Positions 9,526-18,767 of a stretch of 64,000 bases of DNA are shown in pieces (the first letter of the stretch is position 1; each line of letters starts with the position of its first letter). The translations under genes and the position numbers were made by a program. Where the stretch lies: sequence record OK283619.1, one strand, 5' to 3'. The notes beneath the pieces were generated by a model. The model saw only the letters and a program-made list of their open reading frames with translations. It did no database searches and was not told the DNA's origin. Source of the DNA: Escherichia phage LPEK22.

Positions 9526-10589
9526 TGAAATTCTTGGACGAACAATACATCAATTTTCTCGCCCCCCGACTTGATAAATTCAGCTGGGAACGTGTTGGCG
9601 CTGTCGCCAAATTTCGTTGCCCATTATGCGGGGATTCTAAGAAGAGTGCCAACAAGCGTCGTGGTCACTTCTTTTATGATCGTGATGACGATGTGTTTCG
9701 TTTCAAGTGCCACAACTGTAATGAAATGAGCGGTTGGGCGTTTGAATTCTGGTTGAAGAAGTTTGACGAGCGTCTGTATAATGAATACAACCTTGAAAAA
9801 TTCAGGATCATGGGGGATACCAGTTCCCGCCCGTTACAAAAACTCAAACCATTACAGCGCCTGACCCAGACAGCACGTATCGGTTCTCAGGTCGCCAAAC
9901 GGGATGAAGAGCACCTTGGGAATATGATACGCCTTGATCTTCTTGACCGTGATCATATCGCCCGTCGTTATGTTGAAGGCAGGGGAATGCCGGAGAGCAC
10001 GTTATCTTTGTTGTATTACAGCAGAAATTTTCGTCAAGATCTTCTGAGTTTTGAAACGGATGTTGAGAAGCAAAAGAAGATACCCGAAGATGAGCGGCTG
10101 GTAATCCCATTCTGGACCCAAGACGGGCGCATGAAGATAGTTCAGGGGCGCGCATTCGGCGATAACCTTCCTGATGGGGTATTACGGTATGCCACTGTCA
10201 AGCCTAAGAACGAAGACACTAAAATCTACGGGGAAGAGCGCATCATTTGGAACAAAACAAAGTTGGTAGTAGAAGGTCCAATTGATAGCTTGTTTCTACC
10301 TAATTGTCTTGCGACTGCCGATGCCGACTTATTAAGTGCTAAGGGAGACATCTATATCCCCGATAACCAATACAGGAACAAACAAGTTTGTGACGGTATA
10401 CAGAAGATGATAGACAGCGGAGTCAAAGTCGTTCTGTTTCCACCGGAAATACCGTGGAAGGATATCAATGATATGGTTCGCCCCGACAAGGGAAATATCC
10501 CGATACGTGATCTGCTTCAGATCATAGCCAAGAACGTATATCAGGGACTGTCGGCGTCCTTACGATTTTCTGACTTGAGGAAGATATGA
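9525..10589 (+). CDS. DNA primase (T4 gp61-like): zinc ribbon plus Toprim domain
   Basis: N-terminal CPLCGDS...CHNC zinc ribbon, Toprim-like VVEGPIDSLFL, size 354 aa. Confidence 0.7.
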   Translation: MKFLDEQYINFLAPRLDKFSWERVGAVAKFRCPLCGDSKKSANKRRGHFFYDRDDDVFRFKCHNCNEMSGWAFEFWLKKFDERLYNEYNLEKFRIMGDTSSRPLQKLKPLQRLTQTARIGSQVAKRDEEHLGNMIRLDLLDRDHIARRYVEGRGMPESTLSLLYYSRNFRQDLLSFETDVEKQKKIPEDERLVIPFWTQDGRMKIVQGRAFGDNLPDGVLRYATVKPKNEDTKIYGEERIIWNKTKLVVEGPIDSLFLPNCLATADADLLSAKGDIYIPDNQYRNKQVCDGIQKMIDSGVKVVLFPPEIPWKDINDMVRPDKGNIPIRDLLQIIAKNVYQGLSASLRFSDLRKI

Positions 10590-10795
10590 TGGATTTGAAA
10601 GAACTGAATAGTATGGACGATGAAGAGATTCTTCGCGGGTATATGCAAGCCCGTGAAGGATATGTCCTATCTGGCTTAGAATCTAAGAGTTTCATCCATG
10701 GTTGGAGGAATGGAATGGTGGACTTCGGCGGTTGTCCTATCACTGAAGAACAAATGGATTTGGCTCGCCAGTATTTGAAAAAGAAGCCGACCTAA
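10586..10795 (+). CDS. hypothetical protein (69 aa)
   Basis: ATGA-coupled to primase gene. Confidence 0.4.
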   Translation: MMDLKELNSMDDEEILRGYMQAREGYVLSGLESKSFIHGWRNGMVDFGGCPITEEQMDLARQYLKKKPT

Positions 10796-10823
10796 AACTT
10801 TTTAACTCAAATTATTTCCCTTC

Positions 10824-10848
10824 AGGCCTCATTCTACGAGGCCTTTTA
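10824..10848 (+). terminator. rho-independent terminator
   Basis: AGGCCTC / GAGGCCT stem followed by TTTT. Confidence 0.6.
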
Positions 10849-10888
10849 AAATACTTCAAAAATAATTTAAAAATTTATTGAAAAAGAC

Positions 10889-10917
10889 TTTACTCTTCAA
10901 TAATCATGCACTATTAT
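10889..10917 (+). promoter_or_regulatory. sigma70-like promoter TTTAC-N18-TATTAT with AT-rich upstream element
   Basis: AT-rich tract 10850-10888, TTTAC, TATTAT; drives gene 10995. Confidence 0.5.
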
Positions 10918-10994
10918 AGTTCACATAGGGCGGTACACAACACCCCGCCGAATGAAAAGTGAAACGACCCAACTACATTATGAGGAATTACATC

Positions 10995-11483
10995 ATGGCT
11001 ACTACCAAAACTCTGATCACCAACGGCACCATCTCTTTTGAACTGAACACCGAAGTTGCAAAAGTTGAAATGTTCCGCATCGCTCAGGCAGCTGGCTTCA
11101 CTGGTGGCAAAACTTCCTTCATGAATCTGCTGAACGGCAAAGTGAAAGCGACCAACGGCTTCACCCTGGTAGAGCAGGTTGTCGTAGACAAAGCCGTGGT
11201 TGCCAAAACTGCTGACAAGGTTGGCATGCTGAAAGACCTGGGCCATGACATCCACGTTGTCGAAGCGAACACCGAAACTTACGGCACCATCGTAGTCGGC
11301 AAAGGCCGCATTCAGCTGAACCCGCTGAACAACGGAACCTTCTCCGTGATGGTATTCCCGAAAAAGGGTTATGACAACAGTGATATCGTGAAAGCGGCTG
11401 GTGGCGAAGCAAAAGCTCAGTACGTCAAAATGGGTAAACTGACCGCCAAAGACGTTCAGACCCTGGTAAGCAAACTGGCTTAA
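10995..11483 (+). CDS. hypothetical protein (163 aa), likely abundantly expressed
   Basis: Strong promoter with AT-rich upstream element, GAGGA SD, host-optimal codons (ctg, ggc, aaa, ccg), terminator immediately downstream. Confidence 0.55.
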   Translation: MATTKTLITNGTISFELNTEVAKVEMFRIAQAAGFTGGKTSFMNLLNGKVKATNGFTLVEQVVVDKAVVAKTADKVGMLKDLGHDIHVVEANTETYGTIVVGKGRIQLNPLNNGTFSVMVFPKKGYDNSDIVKAAGGEAKAQYVKMGKLTAKDVQTLVSKLA

Positions 11484-11489
11484 TCGAAA

Positions 11490-11518
11490 GGGGGGGGGGG
11501 GAAACTCCCCTCCTTATT
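11490..11518 (+). terminator. poly-G (12 nt) / CCCCTCC hairpin, terminator-like
   Basis: G12 tract, AAACT loop, CCCCTCC, then TTATTC. Confidence 0.45.
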
Positions 11519-11542
11519 CAGATTTTTGGTAGGAGATTCAAA

Positions 11543-11665
11543 ATGGACGAAGAAGTTCTGTATTGCCCGCATTGTGGTTCGGAAATGGAATTTGAAGACG
11601 GTGATTGCCCGCATTGCGGTGAGCACATGGACTCCTGGAAAGATAGTGAAGGAGACGACGAATGA
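11543..11665 (+). CDS. small zinc-ribbon protein (40 aa, MDEEVLYCPHCGSEMEFEDGDCPHCGEH...), not in ORF track
   Basis: Two CPHCG motifs; AGGAGA SD 6 nt upstream; ATGA overlap with next ORF. Confidence 0.4.
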   Translation: MDEEVLYCPHCGSEMEFEDGDCPHCGEHMDSWKDSEGDDE

Positions 11666-11859
11666 CCGCATACGAAATGTGCATCAACAACATCGCATTC
11701 ACTTTGTTCAACCGCAACCCGAACATGGTGAACTCAAGCCCCCCGAGCGCATTCGATTTCTCCCTCGGGCTGGCAGTGGGGTTCTGTAAGGACGCTCAGG
11801 AAGTGGTGATGGACATCGCCGCTGCCGTCGCTAAACTCCAGAGGGAGGAAGCAGCATGA
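11662..11859 (+). CDS. hypothetical protein (65 aa)
   Basis: ATGA-coupled chain. Confidence 0.35.
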   Translation: MTAYEMCINNIAFTLFNRNPNMVNSSPPSAFDFSLGLAVGFCKDAQEVVMDIAAAVAKLQREEAA

Positions 11860-12044
11860 GCCGGGCAGTCATTCAAGCCTCTTCAGGCGCTCTATGGGTT
11901 GCCGACCGAATTCCCAACGCGCACTTTCCTCAGTTCCAAGAGGAACTGGAACAAGCGATGTTGAAAATATTTGAAAAATATGGGTATGATTCCGAAGTTA
12001 GGACTTCCTTCAAAGAAATCATGCCTGTCGTCGTAGTCAGATAA
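11856..12044 (+). CDS. hypothetical protein (62 aa)
   Basis: ATGA-coupled chain. Confidence 0.35.
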   Translation: MSRAVIQASSGALWVADRIPNAHFPQFQEELEQAMLKIFEKYGYDSEVRTSFKEIMPVVVVR

Positions 12045-12113
12045 TCGACACTAAATCCTCAAGTTCGACTTTCACTTTAAATACCTTCGCATACATTGCG
12101 GAGGTATTTTCTT

Positions 12114-12908
12114 ATGGCCATTCTAAAACTTGGCAACCGAGGTTCTGAAGTCAAAGCACTTCAACAAAGCCTCAACAAAATCGGTTTCTCCCTTACAGCC
12201 GATGGCATATTTGGTAAGGCAACAGAGAATGCTGTCAAATCCGTTCAGGCAGGTGCTGGATTGGTTATTGATGGTATTGCTGGACCAAAGACCTTCTATG
12301 CTATCCGCAACGCTGGAGACGCTCATCAGGAACATCTGACCGAAGCGGACTTGGTTGACGCAGCACGTGAACTTGGTGTTGAGCTGGCCAGTATGAAAGC
12401 GGTGAACCAGGTAGAATCCCGTGGCACGGGTTTTACCAAAACTGGCAAGATCAAAACTCTGTTTGAGCGCCACATCATGTACAAAAAGGTGACGGCCAAA
12501 TTCGGGCAAGCAAGAGCCAATGCTCTGTACCAACTCTACCCAACATTGGTTAACCCCAATTCTGGCGGGTATATCGGCGGAGACGCGGAGTTGGAACGCC
12601 TTCAGGGTGCAATCACCCTTGACGAGGACTGCGCTTACGAGAGTGCTTCCTACGGCCTATTCCAGATCATGGGGTTCAACTGCCAAATCTGTGGATATCC
12701 AAATGCCAAAGAGATGTTCACTGATTTCCTGACTGGTGAACGCGCTCACCTTCTGGCATTTGTCAAGTTCATCAAGGCTGATGCCAATATGTGGAAAGCC
12801 CTGAAGAACAAGAATTGGGCCGAGTTTGCTCGTCGGTACAATGGTCCGGCATATGCGAAAAACCAGTATGATACTAAACTGGCGGCAGCATACAAGAGTT
12901 TCTGCTAA
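12114..12908 (+). CDS. endolysin: N-terminal peptidoglycan-binding domain plus C-terminal muramidase-like (DUF3380-type) domain
   Basis: PG_binding_1-like LKLGNRGSEVKALQQSLNKIGF...DGIFGKATENAV; C-terminal NWAEFARRYNGPAYAKNQYD; GGAGG SD; terminator downstream. Confidence 0.7.
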   Translation: MAILKLGNRGSEVKALQQSLNKIGFSLTADGIFGKATENAVKSVQAGAGLVIDGIAGPKTFYAIRNAGDAHQEHLTEADLVDAARELGVELASMKAVNQVESRGTGFTKTGKIKTLFERHIMYKKVTAKFGQARANALYQLYPTLVNPNSGGYIGGDAELERLQGAITLDEDCAYESASYGLFQIMGFNCQICGYPNAKEMFTDFLTGERAHLLAFVKFIKADANMWKALKNKNWAEFARRYNGPAYAKNQYDTKLAAAYKSFC

Positions 12909-12914
12909 TTCTCA

Positions 12915-12939
12915 AGGCCGGAAACGGCCTTTTTCTTTA
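12915..12939 (+). terminator. rho-independent terminator after endolysin gene
   Basis: AGGCCG-GAAA-CGGCCT followed by TTTTTCTTT. Confidence 0.65.
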
Positions 12940-13012
12940 TCTGATATACAGGTATGCTGGGCGTGTCGCTTAATTAAAGGTGTCGACAACCCCTGTAGAT
13001 ATAGGAAGGTTC

Positions 13013-13855
13013 AACATGCAATCTGCGTCTAAAGTTGTATCCATGAAGCCAGCGAAGACAAAATCTGCTCGTAAGAAAGAAACCATCCAGAAGGAAGAAG
13101 ACTGGATGAAATTTTCTAAAGGTGATTTCAAAATTGCTCCGTTCAATGGCCTCTCAGAAAATCAGAACCTCGCATATCAATCCGCATTAAACGAACACCT
13201 CACTATCGCTATCGGTCCGGCAGGTACAGGCAAATCCTATTGTGGTGCATCTGCTGCAGCAAAACATCTGATAGACAAAACCATCAACAAGATTATCATC
13301 ACACGTTCTCCCCTTCCAACTGGCACCACAGCAGGGTTCCGGCCTGGTGACACATATGAAAAGCTGATGCCTTATTTGATGCCGCTCATACAGACATTCA
13401 AAAAGGTTCTCAAAACAGATACGGGTTCCGACGGTTTCTTCAACTATCTGTGGGAGAAACGCATCATAGAAATTCAAGACCTTGAAACTGTAAAAGGGAT
13501 GACTTTCGATGATTGTTTCCTGATTATCGAAGAGGCGCAGGAATGCGATATGGAGCAGCTGAAGAACTTGTTGACTCGCGCTTCAGATTCTTCGTACATC
13601 TTCGTGAATGGAGATATCAAACAGTCTAACAAGCGACTGCGTGATAGTGCGTTACAGACGTATGTGGATTCCTTTAAAGACTTCAACAACAAGCTGGAAA
13701 CAGGTTCCTTGCAAATTGACGGTGTAGAAATCGGGGATGAATATCCAGAGTGGGTTCAACCATTCAGCATCATCGAATTCGATAAGTCTGATCGTAATGG
13801 TCGCGGCAACTTCACCCGCCTGATGTTAGAAATTAACGACCTGTACAACATTTAA
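13013..13855 (+). CDS. phoH: PhoH-like ATPase
   Basis: Walker A GPAGTGKS, IIEEAQ, FVNGDIKQ motifs. Confidence 0.8.
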   Translation, partial: NMQSASKVVSMKPAKTKSARKKETIQKEEDWMKFSKGDFKIAPFNGLSENQNLAYQSALNEHLTIAIGPAGTGKSYCGASAAAKHLIDKTINKIIITRSPLPTGTTAGFRPGDTYEKLMPYLMPLIQTFKKVLKTDTGSDGFFNYLWEKRIIEIQDLETVKGMTFDDCFLIIEEAQECDMEQLKNLLTRASDSSYIFVNGDIKQSNKRLRDSALQTYVDSFKDFNNKLETGSLQIDGVEIGDEYPEWVQPFSIIEFDKSDRNGRGNFTRLMLEINDLYNI

Positions 13856-13939
13856 ATACCACACGAACTTCCCCGCCGCCTTCAATCCATGGAGGCGGCG
13901 TATAATAACAGCCTGCATAAACACAAACCGAGGATCGCT

Positions 13940-16216
13940 ATGATTAACATCATAAAGCGGGACGGATCTTCTGTCCCCTTTGACATTGAAAAACTCCATA
14001 CCGTTATTGAACGAGCATGTGACGGCCTTGAAGGAGTATCGGTGTCTGAGGTGGAAGCTGCATCGAAGATCCAATTCACCGATAACATGAAAACCGAACG
14101 CATTCAGGATATCATTATCCAAGCTGCGGCCACCTTAATTTCTGTTGATAAACCCAACTATCAATATGTTGCTGCCCGCCTGAAGTCGTATGACCTGCGC
14201 AAGGTTGTCTATGGTCAGTACAAGCCACCTCATTTGCTGGATATCTTTGCAAAGAACACCAAGCTGGGTGTTTATGACCGCGAATTCCTCGAACTTTACT
14301 CTAAAGAAGAATTCGAAGAACTTAACACAGTCATCAACCACAAACGCGACAAGAATTTCACTTGGGCAGCAATGGGCCAGCTGACTCAAAAATATCTTTT
14401 GCGTGATCGTTCTTCTGACAGCAAAGTGTATTATGAAACCCCTCAAGTCATGTACATGGCAATCGCTATGGCATTATTCTCAGCGTGGGATAAAGAAAGC
14501 AGACTGACAATGGTGAAGAAGTTCTATGAATACGCCAGTACAGGCAAATTCAGTCTTCCAACACCTATTATGTCCGGCGTCCGCACCCCGACCCGACAGT
14601 TCAGCTCTTGTGTATTGATCAAAACTGGTGACACATTGGACTCAATTAATGCCACTGCGAAAAGCATCGTGGATTATGTTTCCAAACGTGCTGGCATCGG
14701 ATTCGATGTTGGGGCAATTCGTGGCATCGGTAGCCCTATCCGTAAAGGGGAAATGGTCCATACAGGTCTGGTTCCATTCATCAAGTATTTGACTGGTGCC
14801 CTGAAGTCTTGCTCTCAAGGCGGTATCCGTGGTGGATCGGCAACATGCTATGTTCCCATCTGGCATTATCAATTTGATGATGTCGTTGTTCTCAAAAACA
14901 ACCGTGGATTGGAAGAGAACCGTGAACGCCGTATCGACTATGGGATTCAGATTAACCGCGTCATGTTCGAGCGCCTGGTGAACAAACAGCCTCTATACCT
15001 GTTTGATCCAAAAGACAACCGCGAAATGTATGAAGCATTTTTCGCAGACGTCAATAAATTCCGCGAAATGTACGACAATATGATCAAGGCCGCCGACGCC
15101 GGGTTATGTCGTTCCAAAAAGCTGCAAGCTGAAGAAGTGTTCCAAATGCTACTAGACCAGCGTTCTGACACTGGACGGATCTACATCGCATTCGTTGATC
15201 ACATGAACGAGTATAGTCCGTTCAATTTGGACACGATTTATAGCTCTAATCTGTGTTTAGAAATCGCGCTTCCGACTCGTGAGTTCCAACAGTATGATGA
15301 TGAAGATGGTCGCATTGCCCTGTGTACACTCGCATCATTTAACCTGACGGCGTTTGAAGATCCAACAGAAATGGAAGATGTTGCTTTCGTTCTGGTTTCA
15401 GCTTTGGATATGTTGTTGGAATATCAGGACTACCCAGCTCGCCAAGCCCGTTTGGCCGTAGAAGAATATCGTCCTCTGGGTATCGGTATCGTCAACGTCG
15501 CACATTTCCTGGCCAAGAATTTCACGGGTTATGGATCGCCTATCGGATTAGAACTTCTAGACAAGTGGATGGCGCATCTTCATTTCTACTTGGTCAAAGC
15601 GTCCAACCGTCTGGCCATGCGTTTCGGATCTTGTAAGAAATCAACTATCCATGATTCCGGATTTGTAACAGCCGACCTTCAGCCTCTCCCGCTGGACATC
15701 CTACCCAATGGCAAAAAGCCTGTTGGGCAAGCCTATGGTCTTGACTGGGAAGGTCTTAAGCAGAACCTATCCGAGTATGGGATCCGTAACGCCACGTTGT
15801 TAGCCGTAGCACCAACTGAAAGCTCCTCTCAGGTGCTGAACGCAACGAACGGTATAGAGCCACCCAAAGGCCTCATCAGTATCAAAGGCAGCAAGGATGG
15901 CGTCTACAAGCAGATCGTTCCGGACGTTGAAACCCTTGGTCCTCTATATGACCTGAAATGGAATCTGGATTGTATTGAATACCTGAAGACGGCTGCGGTC
16001 ATACAACGTTGGGTAGATCAATCTATCAGTACCAACACATGGTATGACCCAGAGAAATATCCAGAAGGCAAGATCCCGCGCTCTCTTATGATGCAGGATA
16101 TTCTGTCTTTCTACATGTGGGGTGGTAAAACTCTGTATTACAACACCAACAAAGACTCCAAGGAAGATGAAGAGTTGAAACAAGTTGAAGAAATTTGTGA
16201 TACCTGTGTTGTTTGA
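13940..16216 (+). CDS. nrdA: ribonucleoside-diphosphate reductase large subunit (class Ia)
   Basis: ATP-cone N-terminus (IIKRDGSSVPFDIEKL), catalytic core NLCLEIALP, C-terminal CDTCVV; about 758 aa. Confidence 0.9.
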   Translation: MINIIKRDGSSVPFDIEKLHTVIERACDGLEGVSVSEVEAASKIQFTDNMKTERIQDIIIQAAATLISVDKPNYQYVAARLKSYDLRKVVYGQYKPPHLLDIFAKNTKLGVYDREFLELYSKEEFEELNTVINHKRDKNFTWAAMGQLTQKYLLRDRSSDSKVYYETPQVMYMAIAMALFSAWDKESRLTMVKKFYEYASTGKFSLPTPIMSGVRTPTRQFSSCVLIKTGDTLDSINATAKSIVDYVSKRAGIGFDVGAIRGIGSPIRKGEMVHTGLVPFIKYLTGALKSCSQGGIRGGSATCYVPIWHYQFDDVVVLKNNRGLEENRERRIDYGIQINRVMFERLVNKQPLYLFDPKDNREMYEAFFADVNKFREMYDNMIKAADAGLCRSKKLQAEEVFQMLLDQRSDTGRIYIAFVDHMNEYSPFNLDTIYSSNLCLEIALPTREFQQYDDEDGRIALCTLASFNLTAFEDPTEMEDVAFVLVSALDMLLEYQDYPARQARLAVEEYRPLGIGIVNVAHFLAKNFTGYGSPIGLELLDKWMAHLHFYLVKASNRLAMRFGSCKKSTIHDSGFVTADLQPLPLDILPNGKKPVGQAYGLDWEGLKQNLSEYGIRNATLLAVAPTESSSQVLNATNGIEPPKGLISIKGSKDGVYKQIVPDVETLGPLYDLKWNLDCIEYLKTAAVIQRWVDQSISTNTWYDPEKYPEGKIPRSLMMQDILSFYMWGGKTLYYNTNKDSKEDEELKQVEEICDTCVV

Positions 16217-16247
16217 TTAGGTCTATACAACACAAACGTTTAATATC

Positions 16248-16272
16248 AGGGGTGATTCGTCACCCCTTATTC
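16248..16272 (+). terminator. hairpin between nrdA and nrdB (terminator / attenuator-like)
   Basis: AGGGGTGA-TTCG-TCACCCCT followed by TATTCATC. Confidence 0.45.
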
Positions 16273-16286
16273 ATCAGGAAAGAAAC

Positions 16287-17390
16287 ATGAACGAACAAAA
16301 GCAATTCTCAGTATTCGATCCATCTTCAAATAATACAGGACTGCCATTCTTTGGCGACCCTGTAAGTATCCAGCGTTATGACAAAGTGGCTTGGCCTTTT
16401 GTTCAAAAATGGTATGAAAAAGGCCTCAGCCAATTCTGGCGTCCGGAAGAAGTGGATGTCACCAAAGACAAAGCAGACTTTGCCACTCTATCCGCTGCGG
16501 AACAACACATCTACTTCAGCAACCTGAAACGACAGACCATGCTGGATTCTATCCAGGGTGCTGCTCCGTTCGAAGCGTTTGGCCCATGGGCATCAACACC
16601 AGAAGCGCAATTTGCTATTCTGGAGTGGACGCGCCAAGAAGCCATCCACTCACTATCTTACACGCATATCCTTCGTAACACAGTGAATGATCCTGGTATC
16701 GTTTTTGACCATGTTCTGGACGTTCAGGAGATCGTCGATTGCGCCGGACAGATCAGCGTATACTACGACGACATGGTGCGTTACAGCGGGATGCGTATGG
16801 CTGGACGCGCGTTCACCCGTGAAGACATCATGAACGCCAAGCGTGCATTCTGGCGTGCTCTGTTTGCCGCCAACTCCCTCGAAGGCGTCCGTTTCTATGT
16901 TTCATTTGCGTGTTCTTGGGCATTCATGCAATTCCTCAACAAAATGGAAGGCAACGCTAAAATCATCCGTCAGATTGCTCGTGATGAGCAAGATCACCTC
17001 ATCCTGACCCAGACTTTCCTGAACCGTCTGCCACTGATGGACCCTGATTTTGCCATTATTAGAGAAGAACTGCGCGGCGAAATGACCCAGATGTATGTCG
17101 ACGTTGTCAACCAAGAAAAAGAATGGGCGAATTATCTGTTCAAAGACGGCTCAATGCTGGGACTGAATGCAAATATCCTTCATCAAATGGTGGACTGGTT
17201 GGCAACACACCGTATGGGAGCTATTGGCCACCCATATCCAGGACAAGCCCGTAAAGACAATCCGGTGCCATGGATAAATGAGTGGCTAGATAATAAAACA
17301 ATGCAATATGCATTACAGGAAGCGGAAGCCCCTGATTATCTGACTGGTGTCCTTACTGGATCAGTCTCCGACGGTCTGAAATTTGCCTAA
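16287..17390 (+). CDS. nrdB: ribonucleoside-diphosphate reductase small subunit
   Basis: 367 aa protein directly downstream of nrdA, separated by hairpin; size and acidic C-terminus as in NrdB. Confidence 0.85.
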   Translation: MNEQKQFSVFDPSSNNTGLPFFGDPVSIQRYDKVAWPFVQKWYEKGLSQFWRPEEVDVTKDKADFATLSAAEQHIYFSNLKRQTMLDSIQGAAPFEAFGPWASTPEAQFAILEWTRQEAIHSLSYTHILRNTVNDPGIVFDHVLDVQEIVDCAGQISVYYDDMVRYSGMRMAGRAFTREDIMNAKRAFWRALFAANSLEGVRFYVSFACSWAFMQFLNKMEGNAKIIRQIARDEQDHLILTQTFLNRLPLMDPDFAIIREELRGEMTQMYVDVVNQEKEWANYLFKDGSMLGLNANILHQMVDWLATHRMGAIGHPYPGQARKDNPVPWINEWLDNKTMQYALQEAEAPDYLTGVLTGSVSDGLKFA

Positions 17391-17399
17391 AGGTGAGAA

Positions 17400-17624
17400 A
17401 TGATTACGATTTATTCCAAACAAGGTTGTGCGCAATGTTTACAAGCTGAAAACATCTGTCGCATTCGCGGTATTGAACATAAGATTCTGAAACTTGATAA
17501 AGATTACAAGCTGGAAGAATTACAGAAAATCACTGGTAAACAGCGCATGTCTATGCCCGTGATTGTCCTGGCTGATCAAACCGTGACCGACGTTACTGGA
17601 CTCGCCGCAAGTTTGAAACGCTGA
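17400..17624 (+). CDS. glutaredoxin-like protein (NrdH / T4 NrdC-like redoxin)
   Basis: 74 aa, CAQC redox motif at N-terminus, immediately downstream of nrdB. Confidence 0.7.
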   Translation: MITIYSKQGCAQCLQAENICRIRGIEHKILKLDKDYKLEELQKITGKQRMSMPVIVLADQTVTDVTGLAASLKR

Positions 17625-17633
17625 TCTTTCAAA

Positions 17634-17660
17634 GCCCCTCAATGAGGGGCTTTACTTTTG
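17634..17660 (+). terminator. terminator hairpin merging into promoter
   Basis: GCCCCTC-AAT-GAGGGGC followed by TTTACTTTT. Confidence 0.55.
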
Positions 17661-17679
17661 AAACCTTTCCGCCTATACT
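17651..17679 (+). promoter_or_regulatory. sigma70-like early promoter TTTAC-N18-TATACT
   Basis: TTTAC and TATACT spaced 18 nt; conserved leader follows. Confidence 0.45.
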
Positions 17680-17730
17680 TCCCAGTAATTTATTGGCAAA
17701 CGCCACAAATTGAATAGCAGGAACTATATC

Positions 17731-17964
17731 ATGACCAACTCTGAAATATATCATGCTTCTATGCATTATCACGACCTACGCGCCCGTCCAGGACACGCAA
17801 AACAAAAAGCATTCTGGGTGGCAGAACTCAGATTACGCCGTGCTGTCGTTAACCACCAAATAATCATGAATCGGAAAAACGACAAATCACCGTTGTTGGC
17901 AGATTCTTATCTTGAACTCCGCACAGCCTATGAACAAGCCAAACAGCACGTAATAGGAGCATAA
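17731..17964 (+). CDS. hypothetical small protein behind conserved leader AGCAGGAACTATATCATG
   Basis: Terminator-promoter cassette upstream; leader near-identical to that of the 4833 gene. Confidence 0.45.
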   Translation: MTNSEIYHASMHYHDLRARPGHAKQKAFWVAELRLRRAVVNHQIIMNRKNDKSPLLADSYLELRTAYEQAKQHVIGA

Positions 17965-17965
17965 C

Positions 17966-18427
17966 ATGTCCAACAAATTACTCACCAACCCTCGTCACAA
18001 CTTCGGTTACATCCAATTGCCTGAAGTGATCGATACGTTATTCCCAGAAGACAAGGAAGAAGTTTGTTGGGCACCAGCGACTCTTATTGAACGCGAAATT
18101 TTCAAATCTGAAGTAGACGTGATGTTCCGCATCGGTTCATCCGGAGACCTCCATTATTTGGGGAAAGTGACCGAGTTAAAGACCTGCCATGCTCAAAGAT
18201 TTTTGCGCATTGACACCACTCAATGTGAAGACTTTTCATTCAGCATTCTGCGTGAATATGTTCAGGTCAACCGTCCTGTGTATCAACACCGTCCTTATTT
18301 GACGTCGATGCATATAGACAATTATATTTCTGACATTCATTTACGTGCATCAACTATCCATGAAGAAGATTCTGGTGTCGCGGTTGATACAGTACTCAAT
18401 ATGATCGTCATTACTTTGGTGCCGTGA
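17966..18427 (+). CDS. hypothetical protein (153 aa)
   Basis: ORF, tightly coupled. Confidence 0.45.
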   Translation: MSNKLLTNPRHNFGYIQLPEVIDTLFPEDKEEVCWAPATLIEREIFKSEVDVMFRIGSSGDLHYLGKVTELKTCHAQRFLRIDTTQCEDFSFSILREYVQVNRPVYQHRPYLTSMHIDNYISDIHLRASTIHEEDSGVAVDTVLNMIVITLVP

Positions 18428-18428
18428 T

Positions 18429-18767
18429 ATGTACAAATTCCCGATATTAGAAACAGTGTACTCTGTTCACAAAAAGGAAGGTCCATTATTTGAAAATTTG
18501 GATATTCTGTTAAAGGAAAATGTCCGTATCCCTCTGGTTCTAAAGGGAAAGCAAATAGGATATAGCCATGACTGCCAAATAATGCGTTCTGAAGGCACCA
18601 ACGTCTTACGCATCCGTCTGACATTTGTGTTGACAGGTAATCTGGACGGTATGGTGGTTAATCTGAAACCAACCACCATAGTCCACAGAACGGGTGGGAA
18701 AATATTATATCGTTTATTAACTCATTTTGAGTTGGTGACAAAATGCTCTGCCACGGACGTTCTTTAA
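18429..18767 (+). CDS. hypothetical protein (112 aa)
   Basis: ORF, tightly coupled. Confidence 0.4.
   Translation: MYKFPILETVYSVHKKEGPLFENLDILLKENVRIPLVLKGKQIGYSHDCQIMRSEGTNVLRIRLTFVLTGNLDGMVVNLKPTTIVHRTGGKILYRLLTHFELVTKCSATDVL

Noticed and set aside
11526-11789. 87-aa plus-strand ORF starting at TTG
   Set aside because: No ribosome-binding site; displaced by the zinc-ribbon ORF (11543..11665) and the ATGA-coupled downstream ORFs in other frames
12123-12533. Minus-strand ORFs inside the endolysin gene
   Set aside because: Antisense to a gene with clear peptidoglycan-binding and muramidase-like motifs
13889-13939. ORF-track start of nrdA at 13889
   Set aside because: Would add 17 residues lying within the upstream hairpin; the ATG at 13940 has a GAGGA ribosome-binding site and gives the usual MINII... 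ATP-cone N-terminus
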